This document shows, piece by piece, positions 18,457-27,779 of a stretch of 56,744 bases of DNA (its first letter is position 1; every line of letters begins with the position of its first letter). Under the pieces are notes generated by a model, which did no database searches, was not told the DNA's origin, and worked only from the letters and a program-made list of their open reading frames with translations. The position numbers and the translations under genes are program-made. The DNA comes from a virus (lineage: Duplodnaviria; Caudoviricetes), in the IMG/VR virus record IMGVR_UViG_3300042808_000057, positions 1 through 56,744 of that record; one strand, written 5' to 3'.

Positions 18457-19194
18457 ATGTATAAATTTCTAAAACATTTACCTCTATCCGCCCTATGGAT
18501 AGCATTCGTCGAAACGTTTTGGATTGTCATTTTGGCCGATCTTTGCCGCCTGCCTATCCCTTATGCGGCCATTCCGGCAGTTTTCCTTCTAGTGTTCGCG
18601 GTCTATGCCAATGACCATGCAAAAGGGTCAGATGAGGACAGGCTAAATAATCCTGATCGAATTATTCAGTATCCCATTGAAAGGATCGCCAATTGTGCCG
18701 GCGTTCTTGCCATTATCATAGTCGCTGCAACCGATTATACCAAGTTGCCCTTTGTCCTTGTGCCGGTCATTGTGGGTCATTCCTACACGCGAAAAATAGG
18801 CAATTTCAGGCCAAAGGACCTTCCCGGCCTAAAGACTCTGATTGTGGCGGCCCCGACCGCCTACTGTTACGCGGGCCTGGTTGGCGGTGATTGGCGGGCC
18901 TATGCACTGGTATTCCTGGTTACTGTCATAGATACTACCCTCTGCGATATTCGCGACCTGAGGGGGGATGCCGCCAATGGGGTCCGCACCATTCCGGTAA
19001 TTTGGGGCAGATCGCGAACGCTTCTAGCATTGGCGGCCATTGACATAGCGATATTTGCCTTATCGCCTACCATCGCGATCCTGGGTGGCCTATGGCTTGC
19101 CTACTTCGCGAAGGATCGGCCCATTTGGCATTATGATATCCTGGTCGATGGCTGGATTTTATGGGCCTCAATCGCTCTCTACCTCCACCAGTAG
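18457..19194 (+). CDS. UbiA-family membrane prenyltransferase
   Basis: Multiple transmembrane helices; Asp-rich motifs YANDH...EDRLNNPDR and DIRDLRGDAANGVRTIP; RPKDLPGLKT. Confidence 0.85.
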   Translation: MYKFLKHLPLSALWIAFVETFWIVILADLCRLPIPYAAIPAVFLLVFAVYANDHAKGSDEDRLNNPDRIIQYPIERIANCAGVLAIIIVAATDYTKLPFVLVPVIVGHSYTRKIGNFRPKDLPGLKTLIVAAPTAYCYAGLVGGDWRAYALVFLVTVIDTTLCDIRDLRGDAANGVRTIPVIWGRSRTLLALAAIDIAIFALSPTIAILGGLWLAYFAKDRPIWHYDILVDGWILWASIALYLHQ

Positions 19195-19323
19195 GACCAA
19201 TGCTTTCTTTTTGGCATGATCGACCCCGATATAGAGGCGGCCATTCTTGTCTATCTCGCGGATTTTTGGGGGCGCTACCAGGTTGCTGTCTAAATATCCG
19301 GCAATTGCTTCATGCAGTTTCAT
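19168..19323 (-). CDS. Small AbrB/SpoVT-like swapped-hairpin regulator (51 aa; not in ORF track)
   Basis: MKLHEAIAGYLDSNLVAPPKIREIDKNGRLYIGVDHAKKKALVLLVEVESD. Confidence 0.65.
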   Translation of the reverse strand: MKLHEAIAGYLDSNLVAPPKIREIDKNGRLYIGVDHAKKKALVLLVEVESD

Positions 19324-19364
19324 GATCTGACGATGTATTCACTGATATATATCGATGTCCACCA

Positions 19365-19379
19365 ACCAACCTACCATAA
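19365..19379 (+). repeat. 15-bp direct repeat, copy 2 (ACCAACCTACCATAA)
   Basis: Exact match to 18439-18453. Confidence 0.85.
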
Positions 19380-19517
19380 TCTATAAATATCATATGTACT
19401 AATCTTCTGAATGTAGAAAAGTTATACTGCTTAAATAGCAGTGTAAAAAAAGTACACTTAACACTTTCACACCACGCGAGGAAAATAGCCAAATAACCAG
19501 GAGGGAATTATCAAGAA

Positions 19518-19823
19518 ATGCAACACAAGAAGACCCGCACCTTTCGACCTAAGCCAAGAATTGCGACTCTGCTAGAGGAAATGGTCGAGCGCACTGGAAA
19601 AAGTTACAACGACACCATAGAGGATGCTATTGAATTTTACGCCAATTGTGGCCCTAATATGGCAAGGGCTGTAGAGGCAGGCGCTACCAAATTGGTACAA
19701 AACCAGACAAAAGAACTTTTGGAGGGTGTCAGAACGATATTGAGGGAAGAATTGGACACTAAAGATGTCAAAAAGATTTCACAAGTGTTAAATATACGAA
19801 ATAATGATGCGGTAATGGAATAA
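19518..19823 (+). CDS. RHH/CopG-like regulator
   Basis: TRTFR..LLEEMVERTGKSYNDTIEDAIEFY. Confidence 0.7.
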   Translation: MQHKKTRTFRPKPRIATLLEEMVERTGKSYNDTIEDAIEFYANCGPNMARAVEAGATKLVQNQTKELLEGVRTILREELDTKDVKKISQVLNIRNNDAVME

Positions 19824-20010
19824 GTATTAAGAGAAGATCCGCCCAATAAAGCCCGGCTACCACCCCGGACCAGGCGGATCTTTGGGAGCGTTATGGTCAC
19901 ATGACAGGCCACAACTGACCTCTAATGGTAGAGGCTGGATAGGAATAGGCTCTACGCCTATTTAGGTTTTTTGTGTGACTGTGGCTCATGGTGGCATGAG
20001 GCATGGTAAC

Positions 20011-20556
20011 ATGGATATTCTAATTGCATGTGAGTTTTCCGGCATAGTCAGAGACGCTTTTATCGCCCGTGGGCATGATGCCATATCATGCGATTTGTTG
20101 CCGTCCGAGAGACCGGGGCCACATATCCAGGATGACGTCCTGAAGCATCTCTCGGATGGGTTTGATTTGATGATCGCACATCCACCTTGCACCCATCTGG
20201 CGGTTTCAGGCGCGAGATGGTTCCGCAATAAACAGCAAGAACAGAAAGAAGCACTTGATTTTGTCAGGGCGCTTATGGCTGCGAAAATTCCTAAAATCGC
20301 AATCGAGAACCCGAAAAGCGTTATCTCTTCTCAGATCAGAAAGCCAGATCAGATAATACACCCCTGGCAATTCGGGCACGGTGAGAAAAAGGAAACCCAT
20401 CTCTGGCTGAAGAATCTGCCGAAGTTGCAACCTACTGATATCGTGGCGGGCCGATTGCCACGAGTCCATTTCGAGGGGCCTGGGCCAGAACGGGCAAAGA
20501 ATCGATCTAGGACATACCAAGGAATTGCAAACGCGATGGCTGCGCAGTGGGGGTAG
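20011..20556 (+). CDS. Short phage-type C5 DNA cytosine methyltransferase
   Basis: ILIACEFSG motif I, AHPPCT catalytic motif IV, IENP motif VI, C-terminal RSRTYQGIANAMAAQWG. Confidence 0.85.
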   Translation: MDILIACEFSGIVRDAFIARGHDAISCDLLPSERPGPHIQDDVLKHLSDGFDLMIAHPPCTHLAVSGARWFRNKQQEQKEALDFVRALMAAKIPKIAIENPKSVISSQIRKPDQIIHPWQFGHGEKKETHLWLKNLPKLQPTDIVAGRLPRVHFEGPGPERAKNRSRTYQGIANAMAAQWG

Positions 20557-20640
20557 CATGGATATTTCAAAGTACATCTTGATCGGTGCCACGTTGGTTG
20601 CTCTTTTTGCGTTGTGGAGAGTGTGGCGATTTAAGCCGGT

Positions 20641-21027
20641 GTGGTGGCCTGCATGAAGCTATCCAGCACCGAACGGGAAGCTGCCCGCGTTTTGCATCAT
20701 GTCATGGGCATGGGAACCTACCAGTGCTCGCGCATTTTCGGTGTTTGGCCAAGCAGCATGACTCGGATTTTGAGAAATGTGTCTTTGCCGAAGTATAAAA
20801 ATTTCAGTAAAGGCAGATACAACAAGGATCGGGAAGAGATTCTTGCCTATATTGCCCAAAACGGTCCATGTTCTACATTCGATATAGAATTGTGCTTACA
20901 TCATGAGAATGGTCCCGTTTTGAGGCATTTGAAGGGCCTCCTAGAAGAAGGCAAGATCACCAAGGCGGGGAAATTCTACCAGATCACTATTATAACGAAT
21001 TATATTTCAGAGGAGATTTTAGCATGA
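20641..21027 (+). CDS. HTH/wHTH protein
   Basis: REEILAYIAQNGPCSTFDI..LRHLKGLLEEGKI. Confidence 0.6.
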   Translation: MVACMKLSSTEREAARVLHHVMGMGTYQCSRIFGVWPSSMTRILRNVSLPKYKNFSKGRYNKDREEILAYIAQNGPCSTFDIELCLHHENGPVLRHLKGLLEEGKITKAGKFYQITIITNYISEEILA

Positions 21028-21236
21028 ACGATTTTGAAGCCGTTGCAATGCGAAGACATGAAGATTTAATGAAGACTCATCCAATCCATAGCAAAAAGGA
21101 CTTACCACCCAGGCCGACCATGCGATTGATTCCGGTACATGAGAAGATAGCGCAACTCGCCGAAGCCCGCGATTGCTACCAGGAGAGGGTGGATTGGTGC
21201 AATGCTGAAATAGCGATTTTGGAGGGGGACCAATGA
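21024..21236 (+). CDS. Hypothetical protein
   Basis: AGGAG RBS and ATGA coupling. Confidence 0.55.
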   Translation: MNDFEAVAMRRHEDLMKTHPIHSKKDLPPRPTMRLIPVHEKIAQLAEARDCYQERVDWCNAEIAILEGDQ

Positions 21237-21514
21237 GCGACCAATCCGATGCTCTAATGTCCATTTGGAACATGAAACCTGCCCCGGCCATCACTCTCTA
21301 TACGATCCCCGAAACCTGCCCAAAATGCAAGGAAGTTAAGGCCATTCTTCTCGATCGCTGCATACCATTTTTGGAGAAGGATCTTCGCGAAATGTCCGGC
21401 GAAGAGAAGACCGATTTTATCATCACGAGGCTTTTCCCGCCAATGGTGGCTCCGGTGGCTCGATGGGGCAATGACTGGCTGACATGCGAGGAGATTATGG
21501 AGAGATTGGTATGA
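21233..21514 (+). CDS. Glutaredoxin/NrdH-like protein
   Basis: ITLYT..TCPKCKEVKAIL..IPFLEKD..APV. Confidence 0.7.
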   Translation: MSDQSDALMSIWNMKPAPAITLYTIPETCPKCKEVKAILLDRCIPFLEKDLREMSGEEKTDFIITRLFPPMVAPVARWGNDWLTCEEIMERLV

Positions 21515-21521
21515 GGTTCAT

Positions 21522-21752
21522 GTGGATGCGGCGGTGCATTCTGTTTACAGTTGTGAAGATTCTGAGAACTATGAGGATGATATGAACGATATCCTAGCTC
21601 GCCTCAAATCCGAAAAATGGCAGGGTTGCCTGTGGATAGATTTCCGGCAAGATTTACCATTTTTATTCATGCTAGATTATACGTATGTGGGCCGGGGCAA
21701 GACGGCAGAATCGGCTATGATCGAAGCAATTCAGGCGATGGATGCCAAATGA
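21522..21752 (+). CDS. Hypothetical protein with HicB-like GxGKTxExA motif
   Basis: YVGRGKTAESAMIEAI; ATGA overlap with the deaminase gene. Confidence 0.45.
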   Translation: MDAAVHSVYSCEDSENYEDDMNDILARLKSEKWQGCLWIDFRQDLPFLFMLDYTYVGRGKTAESAMIEAIQAMDAK

Positions 21753-22294
21753 AGCAAGCCACCTCAATAGAGTTCCCATGGGTCGGGGCTACGATCCTAT
21801 ATCCTGGCCAAAGGCAGGCACCATGGGAATATTACCTTAATCTCGCCCAGATGGCCGCTACAAGAAGCCCATGCCTAAAAAGGAAAGTTGGGGCGGTACT
21901 GGTCAGAGACAAGCGAATTATCGCCACTGGCTACAATGGGCCTGCTAGCGGCCTGCCCCATTGCTCCGATTGCAAGCGCGCAATTCCCGGCCAAGACTTA
22001 CATGATTGCCAGGCCATCCATGCTGAAGCTAACGCGATTCTTTGGGCAGGCATTCCGTTAGCGACTGGGGCATCTCTGTATTGTACTCATCTACCTTGCT
22101 TCCATTGCGCTAAATTGATTATACAGGCAAAAATAAAAGAGGTGTCATATATCCATTCATATCCTGACGAAAGGGGAGTGGCGCTGCTGAAAAAAGCAGG
22201 AATTGAGGTTTATCAATGGCCTGGAAACAGGAGGCAAATCGAGGATCGGCTGGAATGGGGGGCAAGTCATTGGTTGCCAGGGGGTGAACCATGA
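21749..22294 (+). CDS. dCMP deaminase (ComEB-like)
   Basis: RSPCLKRKVGAVLV..IIATGYNG, IHAEANAI and PCFHCAKLIIQA zinc motifs. Confidence 0.92.
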   Translation: MKQATSIEFPWVGATILYPGQRQAPWEYYLNLAQMAATRSPCLKRKVGAVLVRDKRIIATGYNGPASGLPHCSDCKRAIPGQDLHDCQAIHAEANAILWAGIPLATGASLYCTHLPCFHCAKLIIQAKIKEVSYIHSYPDERGVALLKKAGIEVYQWPGNRRQIEDRLEWGASHWLPGGEP

Positions 22295-22587
22295 GCGAAT
22301 ATCCATCAGATGAATTTTTGCAAAGCGTCCGAACTTATGATGTCATCAAGAATGGCCCATGCAACCTGATCAGAAGCCTAAAGGATGAATGGAGATGGCC
22401 CGATTACATCAGGTGGCATCCTAAGACAAGGACGCTAAAAATTTCTACAGGCGGTTGGTCCGGGCATGAAGACATCATGCAGGCGCTTGCAGAAAACCGG
22501 ATGTTTTTCATGATGTATTGGCGAGCATCGCTTGTGGGCGGGCATTATACGTTTCGGATAAGGAAGATAGACGGGGTGCCAGAATGA
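22291..22587 (+). CDS. Phage hypothetical protein
   Basis: STGGWSGHEDI..GGHY motif; GGGGTGA RBS. Confidence 0.65.
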   Translation: MSEYPSDEFLQSVRTYDVIKNGPCNLIRSLKDEWRWPDYIRWHPKTRTLKISTGGWSGHEDIMQALAENRMFFMMYWRASLVGGHYTFRIRKIDGVPE

Positions 22588-22675
22588 AGGAAGAAGATGA
22601 AAAGAAAAAGATAGACCTTCGATTGTGGTTGCCTGATCCATTGGCACTATTTAGAAGGATTCTTGCGGTGATAAC

Positions 22676-22912
22676 ATGAGGGCATTTGTCGCATTTGCGC
22701 TTCTGGTCGCATTGGCCTTCATGGTTGCAGATCGCGTTTTGTCCGAAGAGGCAAGCGATCTGTCATCATTAATGCAGACCGACGCAGGCGGTGATTTGCG
22801 ATCTCACATGTTCCTCGCAGCATTCCACGGCTATGAGGTATCTGCGGGTGGAATCGTGGCCTTAGACGGCATGAAATATGAGATTTGGCCGGAAGTCAGG
22901 CTTATACAGTGA
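22676..22912 (+). CDS. Small membrane or secreted protein
   Basis: Hydrophobic N-terminus MRAFVAFALLVALAFMVA. Confidence 0.55.
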   Translation: MRAFVAFALLVALAFMVADRVLSEEASDLSSLMQTDAGGDLRSHMFLAAFHGYEVSAGGIVALDGMKYEIWPEVRLIQ

Positions 22913-22990
22913 TGTACGAAGATTAGCATTTTCGTACATGTAAACCTATGATGGAATAGGAAGTTTACAACTACCAGATAGGGAGCTATA

Positions 22991-23239
22991 ATGAGGACCA
23001 AAGGCAAAACCGGAAGCAAAGAGTTTCATCGATTATTAGAAGAATCCCGCCTTCATGAACTGGATTCCCATCCGATGACATCAAGGGAAATGGAACTTGC
23101 ACCTCAACTCGTGATGAGGCTCAAGGTTAAGGGGGTGATAGTGGGTTGTGGCAAGGTTAGCAATTTCCATAGGCAATATATCCTATGGGGGCCGGGACCG
23201 CGCTATAAGCATTACATGAAGGAATGGGGCTGGCTATGA
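22991..23239 (+). CDS. Small wHTH-like protein
   Basis: MTSREM..VMRLKVKGVI..WGPGPRY; resembles the C-terminus of the ORF at 34231-34569 (WKAGPRL). Confidence 0.5.
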   Translation: MRTKGKTGSKEFHRLLEESRLHELDSHPMTSREMELAPQLVMRLKVKGVIVGCGKVSNFHRQYILWGPGPRYKHYMKEWGWL

Positions 23240-23607
23240 TGGCCGCCGCGAGTGCTCCGGGGCTGGATGCGGAGAATAGGCAACTGAGGGCGGAAATAGA
23301 GCAACTAAATGCCGTGATAAGCGATATGCGTATTGAACTTGATTCTGTCTGGAAGGAGTTTAGTTCTACCAATCGCAGAGTTTCCAAGCTGGAGAAGGTC
23401 AGGCCGTCCAGGGGATCGCTTGAACATCTCGATAAGCTGGAATTGGAGATAAAAAAGCGTGGTGTTCCAGGAGTCACATTCAAGGCCGCTGCCGAATTGC
23501 TAGGGATAGATAGGTCAAGCGTTAGTAAGTTGAGTTCTAAAATCAAGGATGATCCGCGCTTCTCCGTTCGCTTCCACGGAAAGAAAAAAGTGATTGAGCT
23601 TCTTTAA
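23236..23607 (+). CDS. Coiled-coil plus wHTH protein, candidate replication initiator 1
   Basis: Heptad N-terminus; HLDKL..GVTFKAAAELLGIDRSSVSKL; similar to the ORF at 49172-49741; followed by an origin-like sequence. Confidence 0.6.
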   Translation: MMAAASAPGLDAENRQLRAEIEQLNAVISDMRIELDSVWKEFSSTNRRVSKLEKVRPSRGSLEHLDKLELEIKKRGVPGVTFKAAAELLGIDRSSVSKLSSKIKDDPRFSVRFHGKKKVIELL

Positions 23608-23615
23608 CAAATCGT

Positions 23616-23862
23616 TTTTCATCCGTTTTGCCTTCAAGTGTGCGTTCACACGCACACCCCATTTTCTCTTATGCGTGAGGTGCATAGGTCGTATATATAT
23701 ATATTATCGTATTAACAATCGTTATTATTATTATATATTATTATGCGTTGTGTTGCACACATACGAACACAAGCAAAAGTAATACGTTTTTATGGTTCGG
23801 ATACACCATTTCTATAGAGATAAAATCCGGTGTTCCTGTGAACGCACACCAAGGGATGAAAA
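23616..23862. other. Candidate replication origin 1
   Basis: 13-bp inverted repeat GTGTGCGTTCACA (23638-50) / TGTGAACGCACAC (23837-49), outer 9-bp inverted repeat TTTTCATCC/GGATGAAAA, very AT-rich core at about 23691-23745. Confidence 0.6.
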
Positions 23863-23955
23863 TGACTTTTCTGGAAGATTGGCAAAATGCGTATTTGTAA
23901 AACATTGCTATAACCTATCGTTAGGTTTATATAGTATAGCGATATAGTAGGGTAC

Positions 23956-24156
23956 ATGGCAAACCACACTGTTCTGGCTGCAATGCCAGACCACGCAATG
24001 TCCGGCTACAAGTACACCGCTGCTATCTCTTATGAGGACGGCAGCATTTACCCATTATGTGGGTGCATCACCAAGAAAGATGCCCTCGCAGTCTGCAAAG
24101 GCTGGATGAAATCCGCCAAGAAGGCAATCTGTGCAGACATCCTTCTGAGGGCTTAA
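23956..24156 (+). CDS. Hypothetical protein
   Basis: Leaderless ORF after GGTTTATATA. Confidence 0.55.
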   Translation: MANHTVLAAMPDHAMSGYKYTAAISYEDGSIYPLCGCITKKDALAVCKGWMKSAKKAICADILLRA

Positions 24157-24300
24157 AATGCCCTCCGATTGTTTATTATGTACTAATTGTGGAGGGAAAT
24201 CTCGCGATATAGACCCAGGCGAACATTTTGATCTATATTGTAAGATATATGGAGATATCGATAATTTTTATGGGTGCAAGAAATTCGCGGCGGTGTCGAC

Positions 24301-24636
24301 ATGAGAAACGGCGATATCGCCCTTACACCGGGCACAGATGGGCCGTATGCAGGCAAGCCGGCACTTGTAATTGGTCGGAAAGGATATACGACCACGGTAC
24401 ACACCGGGCGTTTTGAGCTGGTTTATGAAACCGCGCAACTTATGCCACATGGCCGGGCCCGGCGCATAAAGACATATAGGACGTTAGGACATAACGAATT
24501 TGCACAATTTAATGTCAATTTCGGAGAGTTCGATTGTACTGTGGACGTAAAAGTAACCGATTCCCTCTATAAAATCGAAGATCTCAGAAAGGCAGCATTC
24601 CTGGAAGCATTGGAGAAATTCAATGATTCTTCCTAG
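24301..24636 (+). CDS. Hypothetical protein with KOW/SH3-like N-terminus
   Basis: GDIALT..GPYAGKPALVI. Confidence 0.5.
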   Translation: MRNGDIALTPGTDGPYAGKPALVIGRKGYTTTVHTGRFELVYETAQLMPHGRARRIKTYRTLGHNEFAQFNVNFGEFDCTVDVKVTDSLYKIEDLRKAAFLEALEKFNDSS

Positions 24637-24760
24637 ATATAAGTGTCTTCGGTGCGGTAAGGAATGGACGCCCCGCATAGAGCATCCGAGAGTTTGCCCC
24701 AAATGCAATTCTCCATATTGGGATAAACCTAGAAAATCAAAGGTGATAAAACCTGATTGA
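24623..24760 (+). CDS. Small zinc-ribbon protein (45 aa; not in ORF track)
   Basis: MILPRYKCLRCGKEWTPR..PRVCPKCNSPYWDKPR. Confidence 0.7.
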   Translation: MILPRYKCLRCGKEWTPRIEHPRVCPKCNSPYWDKPRKSKVIKPD

Positions 24761-25097
24761 CATTCTCACCGTCTATCGCGAAGAAAAAAACAACCAAAAA
24801 CTCGTAGAACTGCCCGAAGCATTCTTTGATCAGGCCACCCAGGCCATCGCCGAAATGCAGGCCGAAGAAGCAGAGGGCGATCTGGAAGAAGAATTGAAGG
24901 CCCAAAACGTCAATTCATCTGGCCGGGCTCTGGTCTTGCTATCTGATCTCAGGCTGAAGAAGGTCTTGAAGGGTGCGATAGCAGACGCCTACCGGGTGAA
25001 ACCTGAGCATGGCCGGGACTTCTTTACAGGAAAAGAAAGAAAGCTTTATGAAAACATTGTCCAAGGAATTAAGGAAATAAAAGGAAAGGTGAATTAA
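24753..25097 (+). CDS. GINS (Gins15/51) A-domain-like protein with CTG start
   Basis: AGGTGA RBS at 24741, in-frame stop at 24747, CTG at 24753; ILTVYREEKNNQKLVELPEAFFD..LRLKKVL..FTGKERKLYENIV resembles the archaeal GINS helical domain. Confidence 0.7.
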   Translation: MIDILTVYREEKNNQKLVELPEAFFDQATQAIAEMQAEEAEGDLEEELKAQNVNSSGRALVLLSDLRLKKVLKGAIADAYRVKPEHGRDFFTGKERKLYENIVQGIKEIKGKVN

Positions 25098-25286
25098 ATG
25101 AGTAAATGTGCGTTTATGGATCGAGAATGTAATGAAGAATGTGTAGCTCATGTACCAACAAACGGGCCGGATCGAAGAGAAGGTTATCATTTTACGTTTC
25201 CGTGCGTTCGCTTAGATGCTCAGTATGATCAGGCGGCGGCGATCTTTCATATCTTGGAGGAGATTAGAAAAGGCAGGCTGCAATGA
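25098..25286 (+). CDS. Small Cys-containing hypothetical protein
   Basis: AGGTGA RBS; KCAFMDRECNEECVA. Confidence 0.55.
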   Translation: MSKCAFMDRECNEECVAHVPTNGPDRREGYHFTFPCVRLDAQYDQAAAIFHILEEIRKGRLQ

Positions 25287-25337
25287 TTGGCGGCAAGAAG
25301 GGAATAGGTGGCATCAATAAGGATGCCCTTTCTTTTC

Positions 25338-27264
25338 TTATACTTTATAAGAACATCGATCCAGATCGCGGGCGGCTTCGGATAGCCAATGTTCTTTTTG
25401 TGGGCAGTCTACGAACTCCACGCATTTGGTATCACATTCGCGCGGGCAGGGCAAAGCGATACGAAGGAATCTCGCTTTTAGGTCTATCGCGATTTCCCGC
25501 CATTTGGCAAGCTCCTTCTGCAATTCCAGCACATTGCTATGATGCATCTGGATAGTGATCTGGTTTTGGGCAAGAAGATCGTCCTTGGCGGCAAGTTCTT
25601 TTTCCATGTCATGCATCATGTCCCGTTGATCGCGACACAGTTCTGCATATTGTTTTATCTCGTCCATTTCCATTGCTCCTTATGAACGGTTTTATATTCT
25701 TTTTTGTAATTCTCATCTAACCATTTTATATAACTCAGATTTTTGATTAGATTGTTTTTTTGCTCATTGTTTTCTTCTCGGAGCCGCTTGATCTCGGCCA
25801 CCAATTCAGGCACAATTTCTTTCAGTTGCATATACCTTCTCGCATATGCCTCTCGTTGCGCATTCCATGATTGGCCGCCTCTGTGCCCGGCGCATAGGGC
25901 TTCAGCTTTCTCTATGAGGTCGTCACTCATCGCAGTGCCTCCGATTTATATTTCTTACGAAATATAATATCCCGAAACATGCTATTGCACCAGCCACGAA
26001 CCCGGTCCAAAATTCATTCATTGCTTATCCTCCTTGAAAATCTCAGGCATCTTGCGAGCCAATTCAATGATAGCATCCTTTTTATGCGTTCCCGCAGAGC
26101 ATACCGCACGACCACAATCTCCTTGACATTTATAATACAAATGATATGCTCTCTCTGTTATGAGGGCAGCTTTCAGGGCGGCAAGCTGTTTATCCTGGGC
26201 ATTGATATGCTCCAACAGTACAGGAAGCATTTCGGCTGCCTCAGATACACATATCGGCTCGCATTCTGGATGATAGCCATTCGCCTTTTCGGCATAATAT
26301 TGTTGCAGATATTCGTTTCGGGTTCTGGCTCTGGTCAATTCGTCTGCATTCATTCTCTTGCCTCTTGTTTTATGGGAATTTTATATTTTATATCCAGTAC
26401 TTCGTAGAATATACTCATCAATAGAAGAAAATTAACTATGTCGATTGTAGATACACCGAAGTACCCAAAAACCAAAAATATGATAGAATAGCCGGTCATT
26501 CGCAAATATGACATAAACGCCGGTTTCTCGCGTGCCTTTGACACGAATTGTTTCAGTCTTTCCTGGAGCATTCTCTTGCCTCCATCTTCGCGGCGATCGA
26601 TTGATATCGGCGCAAGACCTCGATTATTTTCGCATCGTCTGTCGTTATGAACGCAGACATCGCCATCAGCAGAATATGGCCATCACCTGGCCGGATCTCG
26701 CCCAGGACTTCAAGCAGCGCAGGGGCGGCCTCATGTAGATCATGCGACCATGTGCCGGATGCCCTCACATCGAGCGGGTCCTTTACGGCGCGTGCCCGCA
26801 TATCTTTGAGCCGGGCCACGGTTTTGCATAGGGATTCTGTCATTGTCTCAGCTCCTCTAGCAAATCTTGTATTTCTTCCAGCTCTTCTATCAGATGTGGC
26901 CTCGCTACCATGAAGTTAGACTCCAAGCGAGTTATCGTGTTATCGATTCTAGCTTGAATCTTGTCTATTTTCAGGTTATTGACGTTAATCTCTGTCATTG
27001 GTGCATCGCCTCGATTTTGGCTAATGTTTCTTGGTGCGCTTGCATCTCGCGCAGGGCTTTCACCATCGCGGTCTTCTCGCGATCTATGAGGAAGTCTTTG
27101 GCTTCTTGCCATGAGTCGAAATAGTTCATGCCGTTGTCAGATCGTTTCGCATCGCGTCTTGGGCTATTATACGAGTTCGGCTCAAGTACCACGAATTTTG
27201 CAGTTTCCTTGATTACCTCAACTTCTTCTATCCTATCATCATACCGGGTGCGGAATTTCTTCAT
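25338..27264 (-). other. Cluster of short overlapping minus-strand hypothetical genes (25655-25930, 26018-26353, 26350-26571, 26553-26843, 26995-27264 and others)
   Basis: ATGA overlaps and AGGAG/GAGG RBSs; several share an Ead/Ea22-like P.L+AE+..L coiled-coil motif. Confidence 0.6.
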
Positions 27265-27779
27265 GTTTTTGGCTCCTTTATTTCTTCGATTACTACATTG
27301 TAATACTTCTGCCGTATCGGATTCTTCGCGGCTACAATCTCTTTAGGAATACGTAGCCTGTATGTTTGATCAAGCATGGTTTCGAATGAGATGTTTTTAA
27401 TGCGCCTTTTCATGATTCGTTTTGGTGGCACGAACTGATTAATTGTCTCTAGCACGCGTTGAATTTCGCTGTCGTGCATCGCGAAATATTCCCTGCCACG
27501 CGTTGGGTTAGATCCGATATTTTTTAGTAGGTATTGTTCAAGTTCATGTGCGAACGGCGTTTCTATCAAATACAAAATCTCCAAATGCCGTTGGTTTGCG
27601 CTGTAATGCATTGTCAGCCGGTTTAACAGTACGGTAGTGCTTCCTATCTTCATTGTACCATCTGAGAATCGCACAACATAAACGCACCCCCGTTCTTTGT
27701 TGCTTATCGGTTTAACTATTTCCTGCAAATCTGAAAAGTTCGACGCGTGTTTGTTTACGGCAGTTATTGTGGGTGTCAT
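27261..27779 (-). CDS. GIY-YIG (T5orf172/MUG113-like) protein with C-terminal AbrB-like segment
   Basis: GCVYVV..MKIGST..RL..ELEQYL..GREYF, then MLDQTYRLRIPKEIV. Confidence 0.75.
   Translation of the reverse strand: MTPTITAVNKHASNFSDLQEIVKPISNKERGCVYVVRFSDGTMKIGSTTVLLNRLTMHYSANQRHLEILYLIETPFAHELEQYLLKNIGSNPTRGREYFAMHDSEIQRVLETINQFVPPKRIMKRRIKNISFETMLDQTYRLRIPKEIVAAKNPIRQKYYNVVIEEIKEPKT

Noticed and set aside
19216-19293. 25-aa Trp-containing ORF after UbiA as a ComX-like prenylated peptide
   Set aside because: It has no RBS, and the opposite strand encodes a more convincing AbrB-like protein over the same bases.
23691-23745. Microsatellite or CRISPR-like repeat
   Set aside because: It is low-complexity A/T sequence without repeat-spacer periodicity. 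No CRISPR array or cas gene was noticed anywhere in the window.
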